Below, one piece after another: positions 18,586-28,773 of a stretch of DNA of 64,000 nt. The stretch is from Reclinomonas americana ATCC 50394. Taxonomy: Eukaryota. The first letter of the stretch is position 1, and each line of letters begins with the position of its first letter. Position numbers and translations under genes: made by a program. The notes beneath the pieces are model-generated. The model was not told the DNA's origin, made no database searches, and saw only the letters and a program-made list of their open reading frames with translations. The stretch is from the NCBI GenBank assembly GCA_048213135.1, contig PS015009.1, forward strand, positions 2,108,001 to 2,172,000. The letters run 5' to 3'.

Positions 18586-18865
18586 GTGGCACAAATAAAT
18601 AAATTATTAAGAAGGGTACAAAAAAAATAATTGAAAACTATGCAATTGCATGTCAAAGCATTTTGTGTTTATTTATAGATTAATTTATTAAATTCGTATT
18701 GGAGGCTTTGTCGGGAAACTGGCATTGCCTTTTTTATTGTAAATAAGTTATACTCCAAATCTCGTGATTAGAGTTATCTCCAACTTCCCGAACCACTCTG
18801 TTTCTTAATGGTTTAAAAAGGACACAACTGGAAAGAAGCTATTGGTGATAATATCAACACAGGCG

Positions 18866-19255
18866 TCACATCCCCTTCTCCATCAGCAACACATTAAACC
18901 TGTGCCCGTCTGGGTCAGCAAATCCAAAACCAAAGTAACCGCTCTTGTCCCTTCCCGCTTCCTGGAAGAAGGTTCCGCCTGCGGCCTTTACTTTACCGGC
19001 CCATTCCAATACTTCCTCTTCCGTTTCCGCGGAAAGTGTAAATATGATCTCGTTGCGGGAGCCGGGTGCCAGGTATTCATCGATCTGTGAACCCTCTTCA
19101 AAAAAATGGATAACAAAACCATTATCGCCAAACAGGAAACTGGCCAGTTGGGCATTGTTGAATTTATTGGGTGTAAAACCCAGTTGTGTGTAGAACTGCC
19201 GGGTGCGGTTCGCATCCTTAACGCTGAAATTGGCCCAGATCATTTTTGATTTCAT
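18866..19255 (-). CDS. VOC / glyoxalase-bleomycin resistance family protein
   Basis: WANFSVKDANRTRQFYTQLGF and FADPDGHRFNV motifs. Confidence 0.9.
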   Translation of the reverse strand: MKSKMIWANFSVKDANRTRQFYTQLGFTPNKFNNAQLASFLFGDNGFVIHFFEEGSQIDEYLAPGSRNEIIFTLSAETEEEVLEWAGKVKAAGGTFFQEAGRDKSGYFGFGFADPDGHRFNVLLMEKGM

Positions 19256-19427
19256 ATGGTTATGTTTTATAAATAGTAGGTGAAATTATTATGCCACTAT
19301 TCTGGCTGACGGTATATATGCTCTGCCCCATTTAACTATGGTTAACCTTTATTCTCCATATGGCACCTGCAGTTTGTGTTGTTGCACCCGGGGTTTATGC
19401 ACTCGAACGCGTAATTGGTGAACTTTA

Positions 19428-19658
19428 AACATCGGTTTATCTTATCAGAAAGTAGGTTTATCCTGTTACACGTTTTATTTGTTCTATTACACTTTTCATT
19501 TATCTTATTGTAATGAATATTTGTACTTTTTTAGTAACAGTTTTACCTGTTCTAAAGTACATTTTTCCTGTTTAACAGTATGTTGATATTATTCCAATGT
19601 AAGTATATGTTCTTTGAAGCTACATTTAACTTCTTTAATAATCCGTATTGTCTGTTTA
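19428..19658. repeat. Degenerate tandem array, 11 x 21 bp
   Basis: Ungapped 21-bp register with invariant A1, R8, T9, Y15, T16, T18 in all 11 units. Confidence 0.8.
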
Positions 19659-19751
19659 ATATTTAAGTGAACATCCCGTTTTTCTCATTCTCCAGCCACC
19701 GGCCTAGCTTTACACAACCAACACATTATTTTCAATTTAACCGTATTCTGT

Positions 19752-20129
19752 ATGTTATCATTTAACATTGCCGCTGTATTACAGGCACGCGGCATCGAAA
19801 AGCCTTACAGTTATCTTATTAAATCGGGGTTCACGCATACCGTAGCGCACCGGCTGGTATATAATAAGCCCCGTATACTCCGGCTCGATCATGTGGAGTT
19901 GCTTTGCCAGTTGCTCGTTTGCTCACCGCATGACCTCATGGTATGGACGCCCGAAAAAGACCGTACCTACCCGCCCGATCATCCGCTGTATGCACTCAGC
20001 CGCCCCGCCGCCATCCCCGACTGGAAGCAAACCCTGGCCACCATGCCTTACGATCAGTTCAAATCCATGGCCGAAACAATTGCCGCAAAAAAAGAAATGC
20101 CGGGCATGCAGAACAACATACCCGGCTGA
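19752..20129 (+). CDS. Cro/C1-type HTH protein (HTH_26-like)
   Basis: LQARGIEKPYSYLIKSGF...LRLDHVELLCQLLVCSPHDL pattern. Confidence 0.8.
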   Translation: MLSFNIAAVLQARGIEKPYSYLIKSGFTHTVAHRLVYNKPRILRLDHVELLCQLLVCSPHDLMVWTPEKDRTYPPDHPLYALSRPAAIPDWKQTLATMPYDQFKSMAETIAAKKEMPGMQNNIPG

Positions 20130-20177
20130 TGACAATTGTCAGGCCTTTTATCATTCAGGATTTTCAGCGCACTTAGG

Positions 20178-21203
20178 TTATGGCAACTTGCCCTTAAGCT
20201 GCGAGGCCCGCGAAACGTCTTCACCATTACACCCGCTGCTGGGGCAGGCATTGCTTATCCTGCAACCATCTTTCTTAATAAAATCAACACCGCCCCGTAC
20301 CAGTATGCCTTCAACTTCATTAGTGCGGGCATTGAAAACCGGCGACCCGGAATTACCGCCATAGGTATCCAGGTTAGCGGTAAAGAACAGCGGGTCGGTA
20401 TTAGTTCTTACGAATGAGCCACCTGCTATCTTCAATGGAAGGCCTACGGGATGCCCGATCACGTATACCGTCTCTTTATCCGCGATCTTTACCGTAGTAT
20501 TTATTTTCAGCTGCCTGTCCTGGGGAATAGTTTCATTGACTTCAATAATGGCATAATCAATACCACCGCTTAATCCCCTGTCAATAATTCTTTTGCCACT
20601 CAGTACAAGTGGTTTTTCAAAAACGGTTTTTACCGTAGTGGGATCCGTGTATTTATAATCAAAAATGAAACGTACCGTTTTCAGGTCATCTTCCGATGTA
20701 ATGCAGTGTCCGGCGGTAACGATAACATTTTTGCCTACGGCAAACCCGCTGCAGAATGACGCTATGGGTTGATCCATAAACCTTTCAGTGGAACAAAGAC
20801 CCATGGCATCTTTAAAAGGAACGGTACTTAACCTGAACCTGTTGTTACTTTCCTTAGTGAGATCAGTTTCGCGAACGAGCGCTACAACACCCTTCGAATT
20901 GTTTTGCCTGTTTGGATCTTTTTCTTCATAAAAATCGATCCTGTCATCGGGCAGATAAATGATTTTCGCTGCTGCAAGCAAAGTATCGAGCGTTACAGTT
21001 TGGCTTATTTCGGCCAATGTTGCATTTGAACTGATGAAAGTGGTGCTGTCTGTTTTTAAAGCAAGCAATGTGTCCATTTGTTCTGTTGTGAACTTTTCGG
21101 CGATCTCTTTCGCTGTCATTTGTTCTGGCTTTGTCTTTTTCTGTTTGCAGGACAGGACACAAAGAGCAAGGATCAGGGCGGAGAAATAGGCAATTGTTTT
21201 CAT
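20178..21203 (-). CDS. Trypsin-like serine protease, lipoprotein
   Basis: Lipobox VLSC after ATG 21203; VTAGHC, DYAII, GGNSGSPVF catalytic triad. Confidence 0.9.
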   Translation of the reverse strand: MKTIAYFSALILALCVLSCKQKKTKPEQMTAKEIAEKFTTEQMDTLLALKTDSTTFISSNATLAEISQTVTLDTLLAAAKIIYLPDDRIDFYEEKDPNRQNNSKGVVALVRETDLTKESNNRFRLSTVPFKDAMGLCSTERFMDQPIASFCSGFAVGKNVIVTAGHCITSEDDLKTVRFIFDYKYTDPTTVKTVFEKPLVLSGKRIIDRGLSGGIDYAIIEVNETIPQDRQLKINTTVKIADKETVYVIGHPVGLPLKIAGGSFVRTNTDPLFFTANLDTYGGNSGSPVFNARTNEVEGILVRGGVDFIKKDGCRISNACPSSGCNGEDVSRASQLKGKLP

Positions 21204-21390
21204 AATTGTTTGTTTGCAGCAAAACAAGCCTTTGTACAAAACAGGGTCAACCGTCAAAACACCCATTCCGGTTGATAGGGGTAATCTGCCGGAGAAAGAA
21301 GTGTGATAATCATCTGAGCCCATTTTCTTTTCCTTAGCGCTATTTTTAATGAAAGTGTCCGTTTAGATGAGTACAAAACAGTTCCTGGTG

Positions 21391-21515
21391 CAGAAGCTGC
21401 AGTAGTACAAAAAACACATCAGAGCTTGTCCCGCTGAAAGCGGGAGAACGAACCGGAAAACGGGATGTAATTGTTTTCCGGGGGCTTTTTTTGGACAAGC
21501 AAAAAGAACATAAGG
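21391..21515. repeat. Third, diverged copy of the cagtagtacaa...ggacaagcaaaaag element
   Basis: gaagctgcagtagtacaa...ccggaaaac/gttttccgg hairpin...ttttttggacaagcaaaaagaacata. Confidence 0.75.
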
Positions 21516-21582
21516 AACAGTAAACATGCTGTGGCATAACAGCCGGCCTTGGCTCTCTCCAGGATGACAAATAGAAAGCAAT

Positions 21583-21616
21583 AAAAAAAGCCCCGCATTT
21601 CTGCGGGGCCTTTTTT
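21583..21616. terminator. Rho-independent terminator of the M36 gene (bidirectional form)
   Basis: aaaaaaagccccgca-tttc-tgcggggcc-tttttt. Confidence 0.85.
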
Positions 21617-21634
21617 ATGAAAAGGAGTTAACTA

Positions 21635-24600
21635 TTATTGAATAATTACCCTTCCTACTGCCAGGCGGTTACCATTAAGGTCGCCCAGTTCAACCCAGTA
21701 GATACCTTTTCCGAATTTGCTCATGTCCACATCCATGCGGGCATAAGGAGCAGTGATGGTGTTCTGCTGAACAAGCACCCTTGAACCTTTAGCATCATAG
21801 ATAGTCAGACCACGAACCAGGGTATTGGCATTCACACTGTAGTACCTAACCTGGAACCTTCCGGTGTTGGGGTTAGGATAGATGAACACCCTGCCTGTTA
21901 CGGAATCAGAGATCAGTACAGAGTTAGATGTGTTGGTACAACCATTCACATCAGTTACGAACAGGCTGTACAGGCCTAATCCGTCTACGTCAACATTCAG
22001 TGTTGCACCTGTAGCACCAGGAACAACAACACCATTCCTCCTCCAAACGTAAGAAGCTACGCCAGTTGGAGTTACGGTAGAGGTTAAAGTAGTTACCAGA
22101 CCCGGGAACAGCTTGGTGTAAGGAGCAGCTGCGATCACCACGTTTGGTAATGGATTAACTGTGAGCAGGCGTTGTGCAGATGTGATGTTGCCACAAGGAG
22201 CAGCACCTACTACAACTACGCGGTACAGGTAACCGTTCATAGTCGTTGGCGGAGCAGTGATGGTAAGCGTTGCTGAAGTAGCACCGGCGTAAACACCACC
22301 ATTCGCGATCGGAGACCATGTGTTACCGTTGTCGGTGCTCACCTGCCATTGGTAACCAGGAGTAGTACCGGTAGCAGTTACGCTGAAGGTAGCCACTTTG
22401 TCGGTACAAACTGTTACGTTCACTGGTTGAGCAGTGATAGCCACAGGTTGGTTAACAGTTACAGGAACAGTCCTTGACGGAGAAGTACAAGATCCGTTGG
22501 CTACAGTTACAGTGTAGTTGTTTACACCGATAGTAGTCGGGCTTGCATAAACGGTTTGTGCAGGAGCACCAGTGTATGGTATTGTCGCTGCAGCATCAGT
22601 GTACAGACCGGCAGTTGGAGACCAGATACCGGTTGAAGGCACACCGTAAGTGAGGGTGATAGACCATCCGGTCAGCGTACCCAGGTCACCAGGACCGCCA
22701 TCGGCCATAGCCAGTGTCCAGGTTCCGTTAGCCGGAGTTGCAGGAGTACCCCAGATTTCGCTGAAGTTAGCGGCGTCTGAAACAAAGCCTACAGGGTTAT
22801 CGAAGGGGAAGCCCAGTGGGGTTACAGGCGTATTCAGCGCATCAGCCCTGAACGGACCGGTAGGCGCAGTTACACCGTAGCTGTATGGGTTACCCACAGC
22901 AGAGAATGCTGTAGTGGAAGTGTTATTGATCTGTGCATTGTACCAGCCGGAAGCAGGTGTCAGTGACACAGGACCAGTAGCGTTACCACCATTGTATTTG
23001 TACAGGTTCAGCACTTTGGCGCTGGCCGGTGACTTCAGGTTGAAGATCATATCACCAGGGTAAGAGTGCGACATGTTCAGCGCAACAGAGATGCTTGAAA
23101 CAGTAGCGCCTACCGGGATACCGGTTACGTTGATGGTGCTGGTAACACCGTTCGGGGTATTATCAGGAACAGCCACATTGATTGCACCGGAGCTGAACGT
23201 TGCCGTTACAGGAGCCAGTGAAGAAGTGATCTGCAGTTGCTGAATACCACCCAGGCAAATAGTAGCAGATGCCGGAGTTACGATTGGTGCAGGAGGAGTG
23301 TAATTAACCACTACAGAAGCTGAACCCACACAACCGGTAGAACCGTTGGTAGCGGAAACAGTGTAAGTAGTATTGGTTGTTGGCGCTGCGTATACAGTAG
23401 CGGTAGGTGTACCGGCTACATAAGGAGTAGTGGCAGTCGCGTTGGTGTACAATCCTGTAGCAGGGGTCCAGATAAAGTTAGTACCTGTTGCGCTGCTGGC
23501 AGTTAACAGTGTACCATTGATACCGGCAACGCCGCCGCAAACAGGGCCTGCAGGAGCGATGGTTACCACTGGTAACGGATTAACATTCAGGGTTGCTGAA
23601 GTAGAATTGAATACCGGAGAACATGTACCGCTTACAGACAGGCGGAAACGGTAACCATTCATCGCAACAGTTGTTGGGTTGATGGTCAGCGTTGGTGTAT
23701 TAACGCCAGAGTAAGGAGCGGTATTGGTCAGGTTGGTCCATGTACCACCGTTATCAGTGCTTTGCTGCCATTGCAGAACGGCGCCGTCACCAACAGCAGT
23801 AGCAGTGAAGGTAGCAGGCTGGCCTGCGCACACTGTAGTGCCAGATGGAGGAACGGTTACATTCGGACGAGGCAGAACGTTAATGGTGATGCTGGCTTGC
23901 CTTACGCAACCTGCGCCATTATCGTGGTTAACTGTGTAAGTGGTAGTTGTGTTCGGAGACGCTGCAACCGGGTTAGTGGTTGTAGAGCTCAGACCAGCAG
24001 CAGGAGTCCACAGGAAGGTACCTCCTGTAACGATGCCGCCAACACCCGGAACAGTACCGGAGAAACTCATCACAACGTGCATGTTCGGGAAGCCGATAGC
24101 AGCCAGGTCAGTTGGGTTGGCGATACCGCAGCTTGCAGCTGAGATATAGCTTGGACCAGTTTGAGCGGCAGTATTACTTCCGATGAAGAAGCTGTGACCA
24201 GCGGCTTGTCCGCTTGGAGTGAATACTTCCATCACGATGATGTCAGTAGGAGCAACAGTAACTGGTGTACCCAGCGCGCCGGTGAAAATAGTGGCGGCTT
24301 GATCAGGTACAGCAAATGTTTGCGTAGCGATCTGCGTACGGGTACCACCTGGGAAGGCAGCGCCTGTTTGCGTGTAAAGCCTTACGGTTACAGGTTGAGT
24401 AGTACCGGTACCTGCAGCGTTTGCCTGCTCAATAGCGAAGCTTACGTTGCTGATAGTCAGCGCACCTGTCAGACCCAAAGGAGCCAGGTTCATAGCCCTC
24501 CAGTAGCTGTTGTCTGTATGCAGACCAGCTGCGTTACAGGAAACAGAGTTCAGCGCTGTAATGGCATTTGAACTTGATTGTGTTACAGTAACCGGTGTTG

Positions 24601-27600
24601 GGGCGCCCTGTTCGTAAACAGTGAGCCTTGCAGGGTTACCCTGGCAGATAGTAGTGCCCGGGTCAGCAACGATCAGCAGTGTGCTGGAAGCTGTGAAGTT
24701 AACTGTAGCGGTAGAAGAGTTTACAGCTGCACAACCATTGGCCTGAACCACTGCACGGTAGTACATGGTTTGGGTAATGTTGGTGAAGGTGTAAGTAGTA
24801 GTGGTATTGGCGATAGCAGTCCATGGGCCACCAGGGTTGGTAGCAGATTCCCAACGGATAACAGCGCCGGTGTGACCGGTAAGGGTCAGTGTACCACTGT
24901 TGATAGCGCCGCACACGTTAGTAGTAGCAGGGTTAACTGTACCACCAACAGAAGTAGCGATAACGGTCAGAGTAGCCGGGTTACTGTTTACATTGATTGC
25001 AGGGCTGCAACCTGTAGCGATAACACGGTACTGGTAGTTGTTCATACCAGCAGTTACACCAGTCAGTGTAAGCGTGGCAGTGGTAGCGCCGCTGTAGATA
25101 CCACCATTGGTGATATTAACAAAGCCGCTGCCTGTATTTTCCTGCCACTGGTAAGTAACAGGAGCTGTACCGGTAACAGTTACTGTGAAAGAAGCTGTAG
25201 CGGTAGGACAAACACTTGTATTAGATGGGTGAGCAGTGAAGGCCGGGCCTACGCAACCGCCAACAGGAGGAAGGATCTCTGTAACTGTATCAGACAGGTT
25301 GGTCCTTACGTTGGAAGCATTGAAGAGGCTGGACCTCATGTTCACCACAGCAACTGAACGCAGGAGGATATCATCTACCCACCAGCCACCACCCGCAGGA
25401 GCAGTGTTGTCATCAGAAGCTGCACGGAAACGGAACATAGCTGTTTGGTTAGCATAAGCAGCCAGGTTCACTTTTGTTTGGATAAAGGAGCCGCTTGCGC
25501 CGGAGAAGGCTGCCCTTCCGCCGAGCGGGTTGTTGCTGCCTGTACCCATAGAACTGTTATAACCATTCTGGGTCATGTTAGCGCCAAGGTCAGTCCAGTT
25601 GGCACCGCCATTGGTACTGATCTCAACTACGCCACCATCCCATCCTTCTTCTGTATTGTACCTGTGCCAGAAAGAGAAGGCAGGAGGTGTAGCACCCATA
25701 GCAATACCAGAGGTAGTTGCCAGGCGCATATCAGAAGCTACGGTTTGGTCAACGCCAAAGAATGAATTAGGAGCACTGTGGCTTTGTGTATTAACTACTG
25801 TCCACAATGTACCACCTGCAGGAACTGTTGTAGTTGCAGTCCAGGTAGCAGGAATACTTGCGCCGGTTACCTGTTCGTCGAGCAGGTTAGTTGGCGGGAA
25901 GTAGCTGCCCGGGTTCACATTAACAGTGAACTGGTAAGTTTGGATAGTACCAGGAGCCTGGTTAACAGTCCAGCTTACTACGCGGTTACCGGCATTGTAA
26001 GTACCACCGTTGGTAGCGCTTACAAAAGTAACGTTGGTAGGCAGGGTGTCAGTCAGGGTGTAGTTGGTCAGCGTAGCGCACTGAGCGTTAATCGTATTGG
26101 TATACACGATGTTCTGACCTTCAGGAACCTGGGTCATACCGCCCTGTGTCAGGGTCAGCGCACCACCCAGTGTAAAGTCAGGGATCTGGTCAGTTACACT
26201 TGCAGTAGAACCTTCAGATGCGTTGGCACCCATACCCCTTCTGCGGAATGCTTCCCTGATAGCGCAGGAATAAGCGCCGGCATACAGAGCCTGGTCGGCA
26301 GCGAGGATAGCGTTCCTGCCGCTGATAAAGCCCGGGTTACATTGCTGCAGTTTCAAACCTTCAGTTACCAGTTTCAGCGCGATGGTGTTACCGCCGCCGC
26401 CTGCTACGTTGTAAATGTTAGGATTGATGGTACCTACCTGGTTGATGATGTTCCAGGTCATGTCCCACAGAGTAGCACACCAGATTTCACCCCTGTCATG
26501 CGGAGCAGCAGGGATAGAAGCGGCATACACTTTATTGTTAACTGTGAAGTCGGTGCAATAACGCTGAGAACGGATACCCACGCCTGTGATCGGCTGACCC
26601 AGTGCGTATGTACCGATACCCCTCGGAGAGTTGAAACCGGTATTCAGGGTAGATGCAGCCCAGTCCTGGGTAAACATCAGGGAGTAGTAATCGCTCCAGC
26701 CTTCACCCATTTGTTCGGCATTACCCAAACAAGAGGCGGTAGTACCGGTCAAACGGTTACTGATACCATGACCAAATTCGTGAACGATGATACCGTTGTC
26801 TACGTCACCATCCCTTTGCGGGTTGGTCAGTGTCCACAGGTACATCTGCATACGACCACTTCCGCCATCGGCAGGTGTACCGAAGTTGGCATTGTTGGTG
26901 CCGCTTCCGTCCTGTGCTTCTGCGTTTACGTGGTCATTGCCGTTACCGCCACGTCCCATGTTGTTGTCCTGGAAGTTACGGTTAGGCTCATCAAAACCAT
27001 ACTGGTACATAACGTCATGTATGATGTTGTTCCAGTAGAAAAGGTTGGTGATGTTGAATTGCTGATTCTGAATCGGAGTAGTTTGTGTTGGAGCAACAGT
27101 GAAGTCAGGAGTGAAGTTGAAAGTCAGCGGATCCGGTGTAGTGGATTGTGCAGACCTTGAAGGATCACCTGCGTTGTTGTTGTTCCTGTCGTGGTAAGCC
27201 CAAACGTTGTTACCCCTTGAGTAGGTGTAATCGTTGGTACCATCGCTGTGCCATTTTTGTGTAGTGGCGTTGCCGGGAGCGGCAGTCCACGGGTCAGTCC
27301 TTGTTGCGTGAGCACCACCCGGGTGGATAGGGCTTTCAGCAGGGAAAGGAATAACACGGTAAGTAGCGCCGTTGATGATAGAACCGCTTTCTTCTTTTAC
27401 AGATTTGAAATCGAAAAGATCAGAAGTAACGGTTTCTTTCTCTGTTCCGGGATGTACATGCTTAGGCATGAACTTGTGGTTAGGATTATCCCAGTTACAG
27501 TAAACGGTGTAGTTGAGTACACCCAGTGTTTTACCATTGCTGGCATCAATCCTTACGCCCCAGATATCGGAGCTGTTTTTTGGCATAAAATAAACCTGCC

Positions 27601-28135
27601 ATCCGAGGTTTACGCTTTTGCCATCAAGAGTAGGTACCCACATCAGCTCAACAGTAATGTTTTCGCTGGCGATACCCATGTTGCTGAACTCGAGTTTGTG
27701 ACCATTGTCAGAACTCTTGATCAGTGATGCAGGAAGTGCGGCAACCAGTCCGCGGTCAGCCAGTGCAGCCTGTATGGCAGCTTCCGGTGACAGGGAAGGG
27801 AATTCGCTTTTACCTTCGGCCAGTTTATCCATGTTGATTAAACTGCCCTGGTTTGAAATCACCACGCCGCCCCTGAAGGCAAGCACTTTGGTTTGATTAT
27901 AAACCGGTAAACCCTTAAAGGTCTGTTGCATGTAAGCCATGCGGATGCCGCCGGCCGACTTGTCGATGTACGAACTTGCAACAGTAAGGTTGTTGAGATC
28001 CTGCGCTGTTAAGCCAATGGCGGCCCTGTTGGAACTGGCTAATTGCAGCGCAATATTAGCCTCCGCCTCGTTCATCTGCGCCTTACTGACGTAAGCGCAC
28101 AGCAACGTAACAAAAAATAGGAGAAGTTTTCTCAT
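21635..28135 (-). CDS. Large T9SS-secreted M36 (fungalysin) metallopeptidase with DUF11, Ig-like and P-domain modules
   Basis: Signal peptide from ATG 28135; EAQDGSGTNNANFGTP, HEFGH, MGEGWSD; proprotein-convertase P-domain (GTWTLAMADGGPGDLGTLTGWSI); IYPNP...KGIYWV CTD. Confidence 0.92.
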   Translation of the reverse strand: MRKLLLFFVTLLCAYVSKAQMNEAEANIALQLASSNRAAIGLTAQDLNNLTVASSYIDKSAGGIRMAYMQQTFKGLPVYNQTKVLAFRGGVVISNQGSLINMDKLAEGKSEFPSLSPEAAIQAALADRGLVAALPASLIKSSDNGHKLEFSNMGIASENITVELMWVPTLDGKSVNLGWQVYFMPKNSSDIWGVRIDASNGKTLGVLNYTVYCNWDNPNHKFMPKHVHPGTEKETVTSDLFDFKSVKEESGSIINGATYRVIPFPAESPIHPGGAHATRTDPWTAAPGNATTQKWHSDGTNDYTYSRGNNVWAYHDRNNNNAGDPSRSAQSTTPDPLTFNFTPDFTVAPTQTTPIQNQQFNITNLFYWNNIIHDVMYQYGFDEPNRNFQDNNMGRGGNGNDHVNAEAQDGSGTNNANFGTPADGGSGRMQMYLWTLTNPQRDGDVDNGIIVHEFGHGISNRLTGTTASCLGNAEQMGEGWSDYYSLMFTQDWAASTLNTGFNSPRGIGTYALGQPITGVGIRSQRYCTDFTVNNKVYAASIPAAPHDRGEIWCATLWDMTWNIINQVGTINPNIYNVAGGGGNTIALKLVTEGLKLQQCNPGFISGRNAILAADQALYAGAYSCAIREAFRRRGMGANASEGSTASVTDQIPDFTLGGALTLTQGGMTQVPEGQNIVYTNTINAQCATLTNYTLTDTLPTNVTFVSATNGGTYNAGNRVVSWTVNQAPGTIQTYQFTVNVNPGSYFPPTNLLDEQVTGASIPATWTATTTVPAGGTLWTVVNTQSHSAPNSFFGVDQTVASDMRLATTSGIAMGATPPAFSFWHRYNTEEGWDGGVVEISTNGGANWTDLGANMTQNGYNSSMGTGSNNPLGGRAAFSGASGSFIQTKVNLAAYANQTAMFRFRAASDDNTAPAGGGWWVDDILLRSVAVVNMRSSLFNASNVRTNLSDTVTEILPPVGGCVGPAFTAHPSNTSVCPTATASFTVTVTGTAPVTYQWQENTGSGFVNITNGGIYSGATTATLTLTGVTAGMNNYQYRVIATGCSPAINVNSNPATLTVIATSVGGTVNPATTNVCGAINSGTLTLTGHTGAVIRWESATNPGGPWTAIANTTTTYTFTNITQTMYYRAVVQANGCAAVNSSTATVNFTASSTLLIVADPGTTICQGNPARLTVYEQGAPTPVTVTQSSSNAITALNSVSCNAAGLHTDNSYWRAMNLAPLGLTGALTISNVSFAIEQANAAGTGTTQPVTVRLYTQTGAAFPGGTRTQIATQTFAVPDQAATIFTGALGTPVTVAPTDIIVMEVFTPSGQAAGHSFFIGSNTAAQTGPSYISAASCGIANPTDLAAIGFPNMHVVMSFSGTVPGVGGIVTGGTFLWTPAAGLSSTTTNPVAASPNTTTTYTVNHDNGAGCVRQASITINVLPRPNVTVPPSGTTVCAGQPATFTATAVGDGAVLQWQQSTDNGGTWTNLTNTAPYSGVNTPTLTINPTTVAMNGYRFRLSVSGTCSPVFNSTSATLNVNPLPVVTIAPAGPVCGGVAGINGTLLTASSATGTNFIWTPATGLYTNATATTPYVAGTPTATVYAAPTTNTTYTVSATNGSTGCVGSASVVVNYTPPAPIVTPASATICLGGIQQLQITSSLAPVTATFSSGAINVAVPDNTPNGVTSTINVTGIPVGATVSSISVALNMSHSYPGDMIFNLKSPASAKVLNLYKYNGGNATGPVSLTPASGWYNAQINNTSTTAFSAVGNPYSYGVTAPTGPFRADALNTPVTPLGFPFDNPVGFVSDAANFSEIWGTPATPANGTWTLAMADGGPGDLGTLTGWSITLTYGVPSTGIWSPTAGLYTDAAATIPYTGAPAQTVYASPTTIGVNNYTVTVANGSCTSPSRTVPVTVNQPVAITAQPVNVTVCTDKVATFSVTATGTTPGYQWQVSTDNGNTWSPIANGGVYAGATSATLTITAPPTTMNGYLYRVVVVGAAPCGNITSAQRLLTVNPLPNVVIAAAPYTKLFPGLVTTLTSTVTPTGVASYVWRRNGVVVPGATGATLNVDVDGLGLYSLFVTDVNGCTNTSNSVLISDSVTGRVFIYPNPNTGRFQVRYYSVNANTLVRGLTIYDAKGSRVLVQQNTITAPYARMDVDMSKFGKGIYWVELGDLNGNRLAVGRVIIQ

Positions 28136-28695
28136 AATTTTGATTGTTAGTTTTTGTGTTAAAAAAAAATGTTTAGTTGAGCAATTAAGGAGATAAAAAA
28201 ACAAAGGTCCATTACGGATTACTCTATAATGATCCTTCATCTCTTTATTTTGTTGTGCAAAAGCAACCTGGACAGGTACTTAAGGGGGCTTGAAGGTACT
28301 TAATTTTACAGGGATGTGAACAGTTTTGCAATGCCGGGATCGGTGCCGGAACCAGATTATTTCATATTCTTGCAACATTAAAAATGAAAATCATTGATAT
28401 TCAATTGTTTGTAAGAAAATGGGGTGTTGCATAAATCCAGCTATATTATTATACCATTTTTGAACTGATTTATAATTATTTAAGTATTGCTGAAATTTTT
28501 TTACCAGGCCCGGTAAACCCGGTTTTTCAATTTTTAAAGAAGGCTCTCCTGGGCGAATGATTTCTAAAAATGCTTTTATGTATTTAAATGGACATTTTTC
28601 CCCCGATTTCCATTTTTCATGGCTCAGGAGATGCCTGCCACCGCCTCCGGAATTGTATTATTTTCCGTGACACGGCCGAATTCTTATCCCAAATT

Positions 28696-28726
28696 TTTGC
28701 AGTACAACTGGCAACCCATACCTTTG
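28696..28726 (+). promoter_or_regulatory. Bacteroidota sigma-A promoter of atpA
   Basis: TTTG (28696) -19 nt- TACCTTTG (28719). Confidence 0.7.
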
Positions 28727-28773
28727 CAGCCTGAAAAAATACCCCTTTTATAAAATTTTTTAATTGATAAGTT

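Noticed and set aside
6400-21634. Prophage, ICE or classical integron
   Set aside because: No integrase, transposase, conjugation or phage structural genes, no tRNA attachment site and no canonical attC pattern recognised.
22650-27896. Long + strand ORFs (e.g. 25778-27160, 24578-25357)
   Set aside because: Antisense shadows of the M36 gene with no recognisable motifs. The same applies to shadows over atpA, clpP, purA, pheT and the PKD gene.
28136-28240. N-terminal extensions in the ORF track (M36, and likewise purA, rplS, pheT, dnaB, XRE, trypsin)
   Set aside because: Downstream ATGs give proper signal peptides or family starts, and promoter elements lie inside several of the extensions.
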